Below, in pieces: positions 1-9,665 of a stretch of 64,000 nucleotides of DNA; the first letter of the stretch is position 1, and each line of letters starts with the position of its first letter. A model generated the notes under the pieces. The model made no database searches and had not been told where the DNA came from. It saw only the letters and a program-made list of their open reading frames with translations. Origin of the DNA: an uncultured delta proteobacterium (GTDB lineage: Bacteria; Desulfobacterota; Binatia; Binatales; Binataceae); contig CAVQEQ010000004.1 in assembly GCA_963711565.1 (NCBI GenBank), positions 544,001 through 608,000 of the forward strand. The letters run 5' to 3'. Position numbers and translations under genes: made by a program.

Positions 1-1098
1 GGACGGCAGGCGGTCGATGCAAAGCGGGAGCTCGGACAAGAGCGGGCGGCAACGCATTACCTGGATGAGGCGGTTGCCGCCGCGCGGCGTGCGCACCCGA
101 ACGAGCGCTTCGGCCGCTTCGGCCAGCTCGTCGCGGGCGGAGCCGGCTTCGACCAATGGGTGGTTGCAGTCGCGGACAGCGGCTCGTTCCTCGTGGCCGC
201 ATCATCGTCCGGCCAGAAACAATTCGATTTGGGTGAGGCCAGCGCGCTGGCGGAAAGTTTCCGGCGCCGTATCGTGATTGCCCGCTGGCGCGATCGCGAC
301 GAAGGCGGCGTCGAACGGGCCGGACAATATTTCGAGGACAAAATGTTCGGCGGTCCGTATGTATGTATCCCGTTCGAGTCCGGTGCAGTCGCGCTGGCTT
401 CGCGCGACGCACGCGCATCGGCAGCGCGGGCGGAGGCGATCGTCGAGCGACTGGCGCCGTTCGCTGCGAGCTGGGTGCTGGAGCGGGAAGCGGCGCGGCG
501 CAGCCGGCTCGTGCGTCAACTGGCGCTCAGAATGTTCTCCGCGATTGACGACGAGCGCGCCAGGATCGCGCGCGACCTGCATGATGATCAGGCGCAGTTG
601 CTGGCGGCGGCGAAAATTGCACTCGACGGTCCGCGCGAAGCGGCGCGCTCGATCTTCAAGCAGGTCGAGGAGGAGTTGCGCCGCAAGACGCGCGAACTTC
701 GTCCGGCCTCTCTTGGCAACGCGTCGCTCGACCAGGCGATCGAGCGCGAATTCGAGCGGCTGAAGCATGCGGGTGTGAAGGCGAAGCTTACTCACAGCGG
801 CGCGGCAGAAAGAGTTTCGCGCCCGGTGCAGCAACTCTGCTTCCAGGTCTCGCGCGAGGCGCTGTCCAACGTGATCAAGCATGCGCGCGCGAAGTCGGTC
901 CAAATCACGATCGAAAGCGGCGAGGCCGCTGTGCGCGTCTCGGTTGCCGACGACGGCCGCGGCGTCAGCGCCAACCAGGGCGAGGGTATCGGCCTGGCGG
1001 GCGTGCGCGAGCGATTGGAGTTGATGGGCGGGAGATTGACGTTGGAATCTCATGCGGGCGGCACGACCGTCGTCGCCGAAATCCCCGGGTCCGCCTGA
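1..1098 (+). CDS. Sensor histidine kinase, HisKA_3/NarX-like (5' partial)
   Basis: Frame open from base 1; H-box ERARIARDLHDD, N-box REALSNVIKHA, G-boxes VADDGRG and GIGLAGVRER; stop overlaps the next start. Confidence 0.9.
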   Translation, partial: GRQAVDAKRELGQERAATHYLDEAVAAARRAHPNERFGRFGQLVAGGAGFDQWVVAVADSGSFLVAASSSGQKQFDLGEASALAESFRRRIVIARWRDRDEGGVERAGQYFEDKMFGGPYVCIPFESGAVALASRDARASAARAEAIVERLAPFAASWVLEREAARRSRLVRQLALRMFSAIDDERARIARDLHDDQAQLLAAAKIALDGPREAARSIFKQVEEELRRKTRELRPASLGNASLDQAIEREFERLKHAGVKAKLTHSGAAERVSRPVQQLCFQVSREALSNVIKHARAKSVQITIESGEAAVRVSVADDGRGVSANQGEGIGLAGVRERLELMGGRLTLESHAGGTTVVAEIPGSA

Positions 1099-1754
1099 TG
1101 GAAGGTTACGAACGGATTCGCGTGCTGCTCGCCGACGACCATCGGATTCTTCGCGAGGCGTTGCGGATGCTGCTCGCGGCGGAGTGCGAGGTGGTCGCGG
1201 AGGCGGCGGACGGCGAACAGGCCGTCGCGATTGCCGCGCAATTGAAGCCGCATGTGGTGGTGATGGATATCGGGATGCCGGGAATCGGGGGACTCGCCGC
1301 CGCGCATCGAATCGCCAAAGAAGCGCCGGCGACCAAGGTCCTGATGCTAAGTCAGTTCGACGACGAGGAATATGTGCTCGAGGCGCTCGCCGACGCGGGT
1401 GCCGCCGGCTACCTCGTCAAGACCGACGCGTCGGCTGAGTTGCTGAGCGCGGTGCGTGCGGTTCACTCGGGGCGGCGATACCTGAGCCCCACGATCGCGC
1501 CGATCGTACTCGCGCGGCTGCGCAACGGCGCGACTGCGAAGACATCGCGCGCTGCGACTCCCACGCGGCGCGAGCGCGAAGTGCTCAAGCTGATAGCCGA
1601 GGGCGCGACGACCAAGGAGGTCGCGAATCGTCTCGGCATCGGCGTCAAGACCGCGCAGGCGCATCGCGACAACCTCAAGCAGAAGCTCGAATTGCATTCG
1701 ACCGCGGCGATGGTGCGCTACGCGATCAAGCACAAATTGATTCGCATTGATTAG
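1098..1754 (+). CDS. NarL/FixJ-family response regulator (REC + LuxR HTH)
   Basis: VLLADDH, VVMDIGMP, GYLVK, TRREREVLKLIAEG, HRDNLKQKL. Confidence 0.95.
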   Translation: MEGYERIRVLLADDHRILREALRMLLAAECEVVAEAADGEQAVAIAAQLKPHVVVMDIGMPGIGGLAAAHRIAKEAPATKVLMLSQFDDEEYVLEALADAGAAGYLVKTDASAELLSAVRAVHSGRRYLSPTIAPIVLARLRNGATAKTSRAATPTRREREVLKLIAEGATTKEVANRLGIGVKTAQAHRDNLKQKLELHSTAAMVRYAIKHKLIRID

Positions 1755-1850
1755 CACGAGAAACGCGTTGGTTCTCGGAGTAACAAAAGGTACACATTTT
1801 GTCTCTACAATGTGACATTCTGATGCTGACTACTGCGATAGTCTCAGCCG

Positions 1851-4211
1851 ATGGAGCGGGCGAACGTAGAGGAACGGCGCGCGCGGCGCTGGTTCGAACT
1901 CGAGCCGCCCGCACCTGAACGGCTTGAACTACAGACCTCGCCGCGCGTCGCGACCGTCGCCAGCTACGTCTTCACGCGCGCCGCTGAACGCTCATGGGAA
2001 GTCCTAAATCAGTATCTCGAGGCGCCGCAAGGCGGAGTGTTCTGGATCGGCGGACCCGCGGGATGCGGCAAGACGCATTTCCTTGACTACGTGATCGCGC
2101 TGCAGAGGCGGGCAGGCGGTCTCGACGCCCAAAACGCGCGGCGGCTCGTATGCGGGCTCGAGCTGGCCGGGCGCATCACCGGCCTCGAGGTCGAGATGTT
2201 CCTGCTGAGCGTCCTGGCGGAACAAATCGGCGGGGACCCGCGCTCGGCCGATCTTTTCCGCCAACTGCGCGGCGCGGCCGCGTTGAATATCGCGTTGGAA
2301 ACCGCGTGGCGGACGGGAATCAGGGCGGTGACGGTCGCGATCGATTTTGGCGCGTCGCATAGCGAGGCTGCGGATTTTTTCGGGGTGCTGGCACAGGTTG
2401 CCGCGTCCTTCCGCCAGGTAAAGTTCACCGTGATCGCGGCCAGTCGCGCGGCGGCGCCGCAGCCAACGCGTCCGCTCAGCGTCGAGCCGCGCGACGCCAA
2501 TGAAGAAACAATTATTGCGGTGCGGCGCGCGCGCCGGCTGGTCGAGGACGCCGAACTCGACGCCGGCGAAGCCTACGCGGGAATCGATACGGCGGGATTG
2601 GCGCCCGACGCGATCTTCCCGTTCCATCCGGCCGCACTCAAGGCGCTTCGAACAATCGCCAGTCGTCCGATTCCGGATGGCGCTGGCTCCGAGCGCGCCG
2701 CGATCGTGCCGCTCTCTCGCCTCGCGCGCGAAGTATTGGCGTCGTCAGGCGGCCACGAACCGCGGGCGCGGCTGATCTATCCACCCGACCTGACGATGAA
2801 CCCGGAGATCGCAAAGCTGCTCAAGGTCATCCTGCCTGAAGCGGGGCGCGCGGCGTGGAAGATTGCGCGCGACACGATCGCCGGTCTCGACCCGTACGAG
2901 AGGGATCTGGCGCGCGAAATTGTGGATTCGCTGATCGTCGAAAATGTGTCCGGCACGACCGCGGCGCTCCCGCTCGAAGAACTGAAGTCGAGGCTGCCGA
3001 TGGTCGCATGCGGCGCTACGGCGGACGCGCAGGCGACGCCGGCCGTCCGCGACTTGATCCGCCGATTGGAGGTCTCCACCGGCGGCGTGATCCGGCTGGA
3101 GACCGATGCCGCCCGGTTCGACCCGGCCGCCGCCGGCGCGCCGGAGCTCGCGGCGTTCAACGCGGCGCTGGTGCTCGCGCGAGGCTTCGATCCGCGGCTT
3201 ACGATTGCGCGCGATCGCGAGAGTCTCGACGCGCGTCTGAATCGGCTCGACACCTCGATGGCGCTTGCGGTCGAGGGCGCGGTGCGCACGCGCGAGGTGC
3301 TCGCGTCCGCGCTGAGAGAAGCGAACCTCGAAATGCCCGCGGAGAACAACACTGTGATCGCGCAATATATCGCGCTGGCGGAATCGGGCGCGGTTGCGAT
3401 GCTTGAGGCGGCCGCCGATCGATCGTATCTGGCGTCGGCCATCCAAATCTCCGGCGCATACGAACTCCTGGCCGCGGCGGCGGAATCGATACCGCGGATG
3501 CGCGCGATGCGCGAGTACCTGGCGGCGACGGGTTTGCGTGCCACGCCGGACGAACCCGGCACCAGGGAAAACGTCTGGCAGCATTCTGCGATCATCTCGC
3601 TGGAGACCGAATGCGAACTGCTTCGCGTCGAGCTCGGGCCTCGAATCCTCACGGGACCGCCGCGCAGCCTCGATGCGTTGGAGGCGCGCTTTCAGAAATT
3701 CAAATGGACTTACGTGCAGTGTTACCTGAGCGCGCATGCGCGATGGCTGGAGAAGATGGAGCGGCTCGCGCTGGCGGCTGTAGATGCGCGGCGGTACGTC
3801 GATGCGCTCGCGCGGCTCAACGCCATCGCCGCGCTGGGGCGGCCTGAAGGCGCGCATCTTGGATCACGAGTTTCGGAGCTGAGCGCCCGCGTCGTACGAT
3901 GCGAACTGGGCGACGCAATCGCGCCCGAGACCACGCCGCGATGCTCGAGCTGTCGGTTTCAGCTCGGCGCGTCGTCGCCGCAGGCGGAACTGGAAGACGC
4001 GACGGAAGAAATTCGCCGCGCACTCGAGATCAAACTGGCGGCATTGTCGCAGAGCATGATCGCGCGGCTGATTCGGATTCACGACAAGGAGCATCGCCTC
4101 GAAGGATTTCTGAAAATCACGCAAGCCGCCCAGACCGACGCACTCGTGCGACTACTCGACGACAAGCTCGCGCGCTATCTGACGCAGGTGTTGGAAGAGG
4201 ACGGGAGGTAA
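1851..4211 (+). CDS. P-loop ATPase resembling DUF6079/BrxC-type proteins, with a C-terminal Cys cluster
   Basis: Walker A GPAGCGKT; IFPFHP motif; C-terminal YVQCYLSAH...RCELG...PRCSSCRF; family assignment is from recalled motif similarity. Confidence 0.6.
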   Translation: MERANVEERRARRWFELEPPAPERLELQTSPRVATVASYVFTRAAERSWEVLNQYLEAPQGGVFWIGGPAGCGKTHFLDYVIALQRRAGGLDAQNARRLVCGLELAGRITGLEVEMFLLSVLAEQIGGDPRSADLFRQLRGAAALNIALETAWRTGIRAVTVAIDFGASHSEAADFFGVLAQVAASFRQVKFTVIAASRAAAPQPTRPLSVEPRDANEETIIAVRRARRLVEDAELDAGEAYAGIDTAGLAPDAIFPFHPAALKALRTIASRPIPDGAGSERAAIVPLSRLAREVLASSGGHEPRARLIYPPDLTMNPEIAKLLKVILPEAGRAAWKIARDTIAGLDPYERDLAREIVDSLIVENVSGTTAALPLEELKSRLPMVACGATADAQATPAVRDLIRRLEVSTGGVIRLETDAARFDPAAAGAPELAAFNAALVLARGFDPRLTIARDRESLDARLNRLDTSMALAVEGAVRTREVLASALREANLEMPAENNTVIAQYIALAESGAVAMLEAAADRSYLASAIQISGAYELLAAAAESIPRMRAMREYLAATGLRATPDEPGTRENVWQHSAIISLETECELLRVELGPRILTGPPRSLDALEARFQKFKWTYVQCYLSAHARWLEKMERLALAAVDARRYVDALARLNAIAALGRPEGAHLGSRVSELSARVVRCELGDAIAPETTPRCSSCRFQLGASSPQAELEDATEEIRRALEIKLAALSQSMIARLIRIHDKEHRLEGFLKITQAAQTDALVRLLDDKLARYLTQVLEEDGR

Positions 4212-4233
4212 ATCGCGACGGACTTCGTCCTGA

Positions 4234-4496
4234 TCCTAACCTCGCCTTGTCCGAGGAGAGGTCGGCGCGAGCCGAAGGTGAGCGACGGGTGAGGTGCAAC
4301 GCTGGTCATCGCAGCGAGCGCGCTGACCTTTTGCAGCAAGTATGAAAGCGGTGCTGTTGTCTGGAGGCGATCCCAGTATCTGTCATATCGATAGACTAGT
4401 CGGCGTAGGTGCTCTGTCTCGCCTTGCACCTCACCCGGCGACACCACATTTCATGTGGCTTACGCCGACCTCTCCTCGGACAAGGAGAGGTTAGGA
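4234..4496. repeat. REPIN/MITE-like element with about 65-70 bp imperfect terminal inverted repeats
   Basis: TCCTAACCTCGCCTTGTCCGAGGAGAGGTCGGCG...GGGTGAGGTGCAA (4234-4299) is inverted relative to TTGCACCTCACCC...CGCCGACCTCTCCTCGGACAAGGAGAGGTTAGGA (4424-4496). Confidence 0.8.
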
Positions 4497-4511
4497 CGGA
4501 GAGCTCGACAG

Positions 4512-4760
4512 CTAGCGGGCGGGCGTAGTGCGCTGTTTCTTTGGTTGTCCGGGCGGGAACGCGCTCGCACGCTTGTGCCGTGGACGAACGTTGAAACGAT
4601 CCAGCAACCGGAAGTAGGAATCGCGAACGATCTCGAGGCCCCACAGCAGCGTCAGGCCAAGCGTGCGGCCGACTCCGCCAACGACTTCCATGACAAGCGG
4701 CATGCCGCGCAGCTCCTCGATGCGGACGTCAACGCGCGCTTTCTCTTCCGTGGTTTCCAT
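4512..4760 (-). CDS. Small hypothetical protein with one hydrophobic segment
   Basis: 82-aa ORF with ATG start, GC-rich codon usage and a central hydrophobic helix. Confidence 0.6.
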   Translation of the reverse strand: METTEEKARVDVRIEELRGMPLVMEVVGGVGRTLGLTLLWGLEIVRDSYFRLLDRFNVRPRHKRASAFPPGQPKKQRTTPAR

Positions 4761-4831
4761 TAAGGTTCAGAGTAAGTTGCCAGGCGCCCGCATGCAACAC
4801 GTCACACGGGCGCCTGGCAAAAATGCTGGCG

Positions 4832-5620
4832 CTATGGCGAAGATGCGGCGGCGGGCGCGGCGCCGCTATCACCCGAGCCGAGGACCGTGAGCTTTATATC
4901 GTCGAATTCCGCCTGCGAATCGTCCTGCGCCCACACTCCGATTTTGCCCTTGGCGATTTTGGCGTCATCGAAATCAAAGATCATCTTGTCGTCGTCGTAA
5001 CACATGAAGTGCCCGCCTTGCGCGGTCACCTTGAGCCGGTACCAGACGCCCTTGTCAGTCGGCACGACGCTCTGCTTGAGCCCGACCAGCGTCCCGTCAG
5101 TCATCCGCGAGAGCGCGAAGTAATCGCTGGGGCATCCGGCGGAAAGCAGGTAAAAGTTTTTTGCATCGACGTAACGGAAGATGAGGCCGCCCGAACAATC
5201 GAAGCGTCCGCCGACCGATTGGAACTGAGCTTCGAGAGTAAAGTCTGAATACTCAGTCGGATCGGTTTCAATCGCGATTGGGTAATAGGCGAGCGCGCTG
5301 GTCAGCGACTTGAGCATCCTGCCCGCGGGCAAGCCGAAGACATTGGGCTTGCTCGGCGCGCTCGGATCGGCAATCACCTGCCAGTCGCCTTCGATCGCGC
5401 TCCATCCCGTGGGCACTTCGCCCACTTTGTCCTGATCGAAATTCCACACGTGAACTTCAGGGGTCGGCGTGGCGGTCGGCGTCTGCGTTTCGGTCGCTGT
5501 CGGCTCTGCCTTTTTCTTTCTTCCCTTCGAATAAGCGGCCGGACTGACGACGAGCACCGTAAGTACCAGGCCTGCCGCAACGACTGCGACGCTTCGCAGC
5601 CAAGAATTTCCCGTCTTCAT
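4832..5620 (-). CDS. Secreted ConA/LamG-like (DUF1080-like) beta-sandwich protein
   Basis: Signal peptide, Pro/Thr linker, YSDFTLEA, GGLIFRY, WYRLKV, GKIGVW...FDDI. Confidence 0.75.
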   Translation of the reverse strand: MKTGNSWLRSVAVVAAGLVLTVLVVSPAAYSKGRKKKAEPTATETQTPTATPTPEVHVWNFDQDKVGEVPTGWSAIEGDWQVIADPSAPSKPNVFGLPAGRMLKSLTSALAYYPIAIETDPTEYSDFTLEAQFQSVGGRFDCSGGLIFRYVDAKNFYLLSAGCPSDYFALSRMTDGTLVGLKQSVVPTDKGVWYRLKVTAQGGHFMCYDDDKMIFDFDDAKIAKGKIGVWAQDDSQAEFDDIKLTVLGSGDSGAAPAAASSP

Positions 5621-5876
5621 CTATCCTCTCTCTGCCCCGATGAGCTGGTGGTGTCCTGACTTCTGAGGTTGTGGATCGACAGTCTGATCGCGCGAGTCTC
5701 GCCAATGAATGCCGTCGCTGTCAAGTTTTTCGGCAGACCGTCCGATCTCACGACTCAGGCGACGAGAGATTACTTTTGGATTGAATAGCTAGATCGAAAT
5801 CTCAGTTTCGCTTTTTCTTCGTTACTGACTAATCGCGCCAATAGTCAGTTTATCGCATCAGAGTACGCAGGATTGC

Positions 5877-5919
5877 TTGACTGTAGTGGGATAGAGTGGG
5901 ATGTTGTGGGACGCTGGGG
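5877..5919 (+). promoter_or_regulatory. dcw promoter with MraZ-binding GTGGG direct repeats
   Basis: GTGGG at 5886, 5896 and 5906 (10-bp period) plus TGGGG at 5915; TTGACT at 5877; directly upstream of mraZ. Confidence 0.85.
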
Positions 5920-5929
5920 AGGAAGTTCC

Positions 5930-6379
5930 GTGTTTAGCGGTCGCTTCGACCATTCGATCGATGAGAAGGGGAGGGTGAGCATCCCGGCTCGCTTCCGTGA
6001 AGTATTGCAGCGCGAAAATCACGATCGTCTTTATATCACGAATTTCCCCTACGACGGAGAGCGATGCCTGGCGCTGTATCCGCCGAGTCAATGGGACACG
6101 CTCAACGCAAATTTGAAAACCAAGCCGCGATTCGATCCGCGGGTTCAGGCGTTCGAGACGTTCTTCATCGGCGGCGCGCATGAGGTGCCCGTCGATCGGC
6201 AGGGACGGATTCTGATTCCCACCAACCTGCGGGAATACGCGAAGCTCGATCGCGAGGTGACGTTTTCGGCGCAGCAGGATCATTTTCAACTTTGGGACAA
6301 GCAGGTCCTCGCGAAGGTTCTGAAGGCCACCGAGGAAAAAATAATGGATCCGGAATTTTTTACGAAGCTGGGTCTGTGA
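5930..6379 (+). CDS. mraZ: Transcriptional repressor MraZ
   Basis: GTG start after GGAGG; FSGRFDHSIDEKGRVSIPARFR and VDRQGRILIP. Confidence 0.97.
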   Translation: MFSGRFDHSIDEKGRVSIPARFREVLQRENHDRLYITNFPYDGERCLALYPPSQWDTLNANLKTKPRFDPRVQAFETFFIGGAHEVPVDRQGRILIPTNLREYAKLDREVTFSAQQDHFQLWDKQVLAKVLKATEEKIMDPEFFTKLGL

Positions 6380-6385
6380 CAGGCG

Positions 6386-7306
6386 ATGAATCTGGCGGTG
6401 AGATACGAAGACGACGCAGCGGACCGGAGGCATGTGCCGGTGATGGTGGAGGAGGTGTGCGGGCTGCTGTCCGCACACGGTCCGCTTGCGTTCGTCAACG
6501 TTACAGTTGGGACGGGCGGGCATGCGGAGGCGATGCTCCGCGCCACCAAGGCGCGGATGCTCGGGCTGGATCGCGACGCGGCGGCGTTGGCCGTCGCGCG
6601 CGACCGGCTGGTGGAGTTCGGCGATCGCGTGGTACTCGAGCGCGCGGACTTCGGCGAGATTGCGGCAGTGATGAAGCAGCATCATTTCGATGGCGCCGAC
6701 GCGATGCTCGCCGACCTCGGCATGAGCAGTTACGCGCTCGACGATCCGAATCGCGGGTTTTCGTTCCGGCTTGACGGTCCGTTGGATATGCGGATGGACG
6801 ACCGGCAGACGCTCCGCGCGCGCGACATCGTCAATGAAGAGAGCGCCGAGGAGATCGCGCGCATCATCTATACCTACGGCGAGGAACGCGGGTCGCGGCG
6901 GATTGCGCGGATGATCGTCGAGGCGCGGCGGCGCGGTCCGATCGAAACGACGGGCGAACTGCGCTCGATCGTCGAGCGGGCTCTGGGAGCCAATCGGCGC
7001 GGCGGCGCGCATCCGGCCACGCGCACCTTCCAGGCGCTGCGAATCGCGGTGAATCGCGAGATGGAAAGCCTGGCGGCGCTCTTGCGCGACGGTCCCGCGA
7101 TGCTCAATCCGGGCGGGCGGATGCTGGTCATCTCGTATCACTCGCTCGAAGACCGTCCGGTCAAGGAGCGCTTTCGCGAATTGGTTCATACGGGAAACTA
7201 CACGGCGATCGCGCGCAAAGTGATCAAGCCGTCTTCGGCGGAAACTTCGCGCAACTCGCGCGCGCGCAGCGCGAAAGTCCGATGCATCGAGCGGAGCGCA
7301 CGATGA
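6386..7306 (+). CDS. rsmH: 16S rRNA m4C1402 methyltransferase
   Basis: HVPVM, GTGGHA, DLGMSS, GPLDMRMD, HPATRTFQALRIAVN, SYHSLEDR. Confidence 0.97.
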   Translation: MNLAVRYEDDAADRRHVPVMVEEVCGLLSAHGPLAFVNVTVGTGGHAEAMLRATKARMLGLDRDAAALAVARDRLVEFGDRVVLERADFGEIAAVMKQHHFDGADAMLADLGMSSYALDDPNRGFSFRLDGPLDMRMDDRQTLRARDIVNEESAEEIARIIYTYGEERGSRRIARMIVEARRRGPIETTGELRSIVERALGANRRGGAHPATRTFQALRIAVNREMESLAALLRDGPAMLNPGGRMLVISYHSLEDRPVKERFRELVHTGNYTAIARKVIKPSSAETSRNSRARSAKVRCIERSAR

Positions 7307-7590
7307 GCGCGCGCGTGAAACCGACGCGGCGCCCGTCGAAGGTGGTGCCGACAGTGCTCGGCGTACTGATCGCGATGGTGGGATTCGCGACGTTGATGAC
7401 ACGGCTTGACGCCACCCAGGAAGGCTATCGGCTTTCCGCGCTGCACGATGAAATCGCCAGGCTGCAGGACGAAAATCGCGAGCTGCGCCTGACGGCCGCG
7501 CAGCTCAGCTCGCACGAAAGGCTGCGCGCACTCGCGCCGCAGTATCATCTGGCGCCGCCCGGCCGCGGGCAGGTGGTGATGCTCCCATGA
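7303..7590 (+). CDS. ftsL: Cell division protein FtsL
   Basis: Lies between rsmH and ftsI; one TM helix then a coiled coil (GYRLSAL...ENRELRL). Confidence 0.85.
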   Translation: MSARVKPTRRPSKVVPTVLGVLIAMVGFATLMTRLDATQEGYRLSALHDEIARLQDENRELRLTAAQLSSHERLRALAPQYHLAPPGRGQVVMLP

Positions 7591-9665
7591 ATACATCGTT
7601 CAAGCAGCGGCGCGCTCGAATCGGGGCACTCACGCTCACACTGGCGGCGCTGTTCGGCCTCGCGGTGATCCGGCTGGTGGTGCTGGTTGCATTTTACGGG
7701 ACGCGACTGAACACGCTCGCGCTCCAGGAGCATACCGGAGAAACCGAGCTCGCGGCGGTGCGTGGTCCGATCGTCGATCGCAACGGCGAGCCGCTGGCGC
7801 TGTCAGCCGAGACCCGCTCGGTTTACGCGCGCCCGAAGAAGGTGCTCGAGTCGAGCACGCCGGCCGAGCGCTCGAAGCTCGCAGCGATTCTGATGATGAT
7901 GCCGATATCTCTCGAATCGAAACTGAGCAAGGACTCGCCGTTTGTGTGGCTCGAGCGGCGGATTTCGCCGGACAAGGCGCAGGCGGTGGAGGGGCTCGGT
8001 ATCGACGGCATCGGCACGATTAGCGAATACAAGAGGTTTTACCCGGAGAGCAACCTGGCCGCGTCGGTGGTGGGGTTGGCGGGGATGGACGGCCAGGGGC
8101 TCTCCGGCCTGGAGTTGCAATACGACAAGATTGCGCGAGGCGAAGCGGTCGAGTTGAGCTTCGATCACGACGCGGAGGGGCATCCGATTTTCGACAGCCC
8201 GATGGCGCTCAAGGCGCCGGAGCCGGGCGCGCAGCTCGAGCTGACGATCGATTCGTCGATCCAATCGCTGGCCGAAACCGAATTGGCGGCGGAAGTGAAG
8301 TCGAGCGGCGCGAAGCGCGGCAGCGTAATCGTGCTCGATCCATTTACCGGCGAAGTCATGGCGATGGCGAACGTCAGCGCCGACGGCGCCAACCTTCACG
8401 ACCGTCTGCACAACCCTGCGGTCGAGGATGCGTTCGAGCCGGGCTCGACGATGAAGGGAATCCTCGGTTCGATCGCGCTGGCCGATCACGCGATCACGAC
8501 CGATAAACAATTTTATTGCGAGAACGGGCATTTCACGATCGATCGGCACACGATTCACGATCACAGCCCTCACGGATGGTTAAACCTCGGCGGGATAATC
8601 GAAGTCTCGTCGAATATCGGCGCGTCGAAGATCGCCTTGACTCTGGGCTCGCAGCGCTACTACGAGGGACTGCGCGCATTTGGAATCGGATCGCGCACGG
8701 GGATCGATCTGCCGGGCGAGGCGGGCGGACTACTGAGCAAGCCCGCGGGATGGAGGGAAATCGATCTCGCCAATCACGGTTTCGGGCAGGGCGTGGCGGT
8801 CACCCCGATCCAGCTCGCAGTGGCGTACGCGGCGATCGCGAACGGCGGAAATATCATCCGGCCGTACGTGGTGAAGGCCGCTTACGATGCGGAGGGGCAG
8901 ACGATCTTCACGCATACGCCGCAGGTGATGCGTCGCGCGATCGCGCCCGATATCGCGCATCAGATGAATCTGCTGCTGCGCAACGTCGTGATGTCCGACG
9001 GCGGCACGGCGGCGAAGGCGCGCGTTGACGGATTTATCGTCGCGGGCAAGACTGGCACGGCGCAGATGGTGAATCCGGAAAACGGCACCTACTATCAGAA
9101 TCGGCACGTGTCGTCGTTCGTGGGATTTTTGCCCGCCGACGATCCGCGGCTGCTGATCCTGGTGGCGCTGTACGATGTCGGCCACGAGCACTTCGGCGGG
9201 CTAATTGCTGCGCCGGTGTTCAGCGAAATTGCGCAGGGCGCCGTCCGCGATCTGAATATTACGGCGCCGAATCAACCGTACGATACTGCCGGCATGATCC
9301 CGATGCCGGATTTCGGCAAAGACTCGAGCGGCGGAACCCCAGCCGCGACGGCCGCGGATCCCGATGACTATCTGCCCGTGCTGACCGGCTCGAAGCTGAC
9401 CCGTGCGACACCGAATTTTTCAGGACTCAGTCTCCGGCGCGCGATGGAACTGGCCCGCGTCTCGCGCGTCAACGTCGAGGTGCACGGCGGCGGCTACGTG
9501 ATCGCGCAGGAGCCGGGCGCCGGCGCTCCGCTCAATCATGCGACAGTGCAACTGACACTTGCGCCGATCGTCGCGGACAGTGGCGCCGAGACGGCGGCTG
9601 AATCGGGCATCGTGCCCGCGTCGTATTTTAGTGGCGGCGGTTTATCGCCCGTCAGGCGAAAGTGA
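7587..9665 (+). CDS. ftsI: Class B penicillin-binding protein FtsI with a PASTA-like C-terminus
   Basis: RGPIVDRNG; SxxK (PGSTMK), SxN (SSN) and KTG motifs. Confidence 0.95.
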   Translation: MNTSFKQRRARIGALTLTLAALFGLAVIRLVVLVAFYGTRLNTLALQEHTGETELAAVRGPIVDRNGEPLALSAETRSVYARPKKVLESSTPAERSKLAAILMMMPISLESKLSKDSPFVWLERRISPDKAQAVEGLGIDGIGTISEYKRFYPESNLAASVVGLAGMDGQGLSGLELQYDKIARGEAVELSFDHDAEGHPIFDSPMALKAPEPGAQLELTIDSSIQSLAETELAAEVKSSGAKRGSVIVLDPFTGEVMAMANVSADGANLHDRLHNPAVEDAFEPGSTMKGILGSIALADHAITTDKQFYCENGHFTIDRHTIHDHSPHGWLNLGGIIEVSSNIGASKIALTLGSQRYYEGLRAFGIGSRTGIDLPGEAGGLLSKPAGWREIDLANHGFGQGVAVTPIQLAVAYAAIANGGNIIRPYVVKAAYDAEGQTIFTHTPQVMRRAIAPDIAHQMNLLLRNVVMSDGGTAAKARVDGFIVAGKTGTAQMVNPENGTYYQNRHVSSFVGFLPADDPRLLILVALYDVGHEHFGGLIAAPVFSEIAQGAVRDLNITAPNQPYDTAGMIPMPDFGKDSSGGTPAATAADPDDYLPVLTGSKLTRATPNFSGLSLRRAMELARVSRVNVEVHGGGYVIAQEPGAGAPLNHATVQLTLAPIVADSGAETAAESGIVPASYFSGGGLSPVRRK

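Noticed and set aside
1851-4211. A complete BREX system
   Set aside because: No pglZ, pglX, brxL or brxA/B in the window; only the ATPase resemblance.
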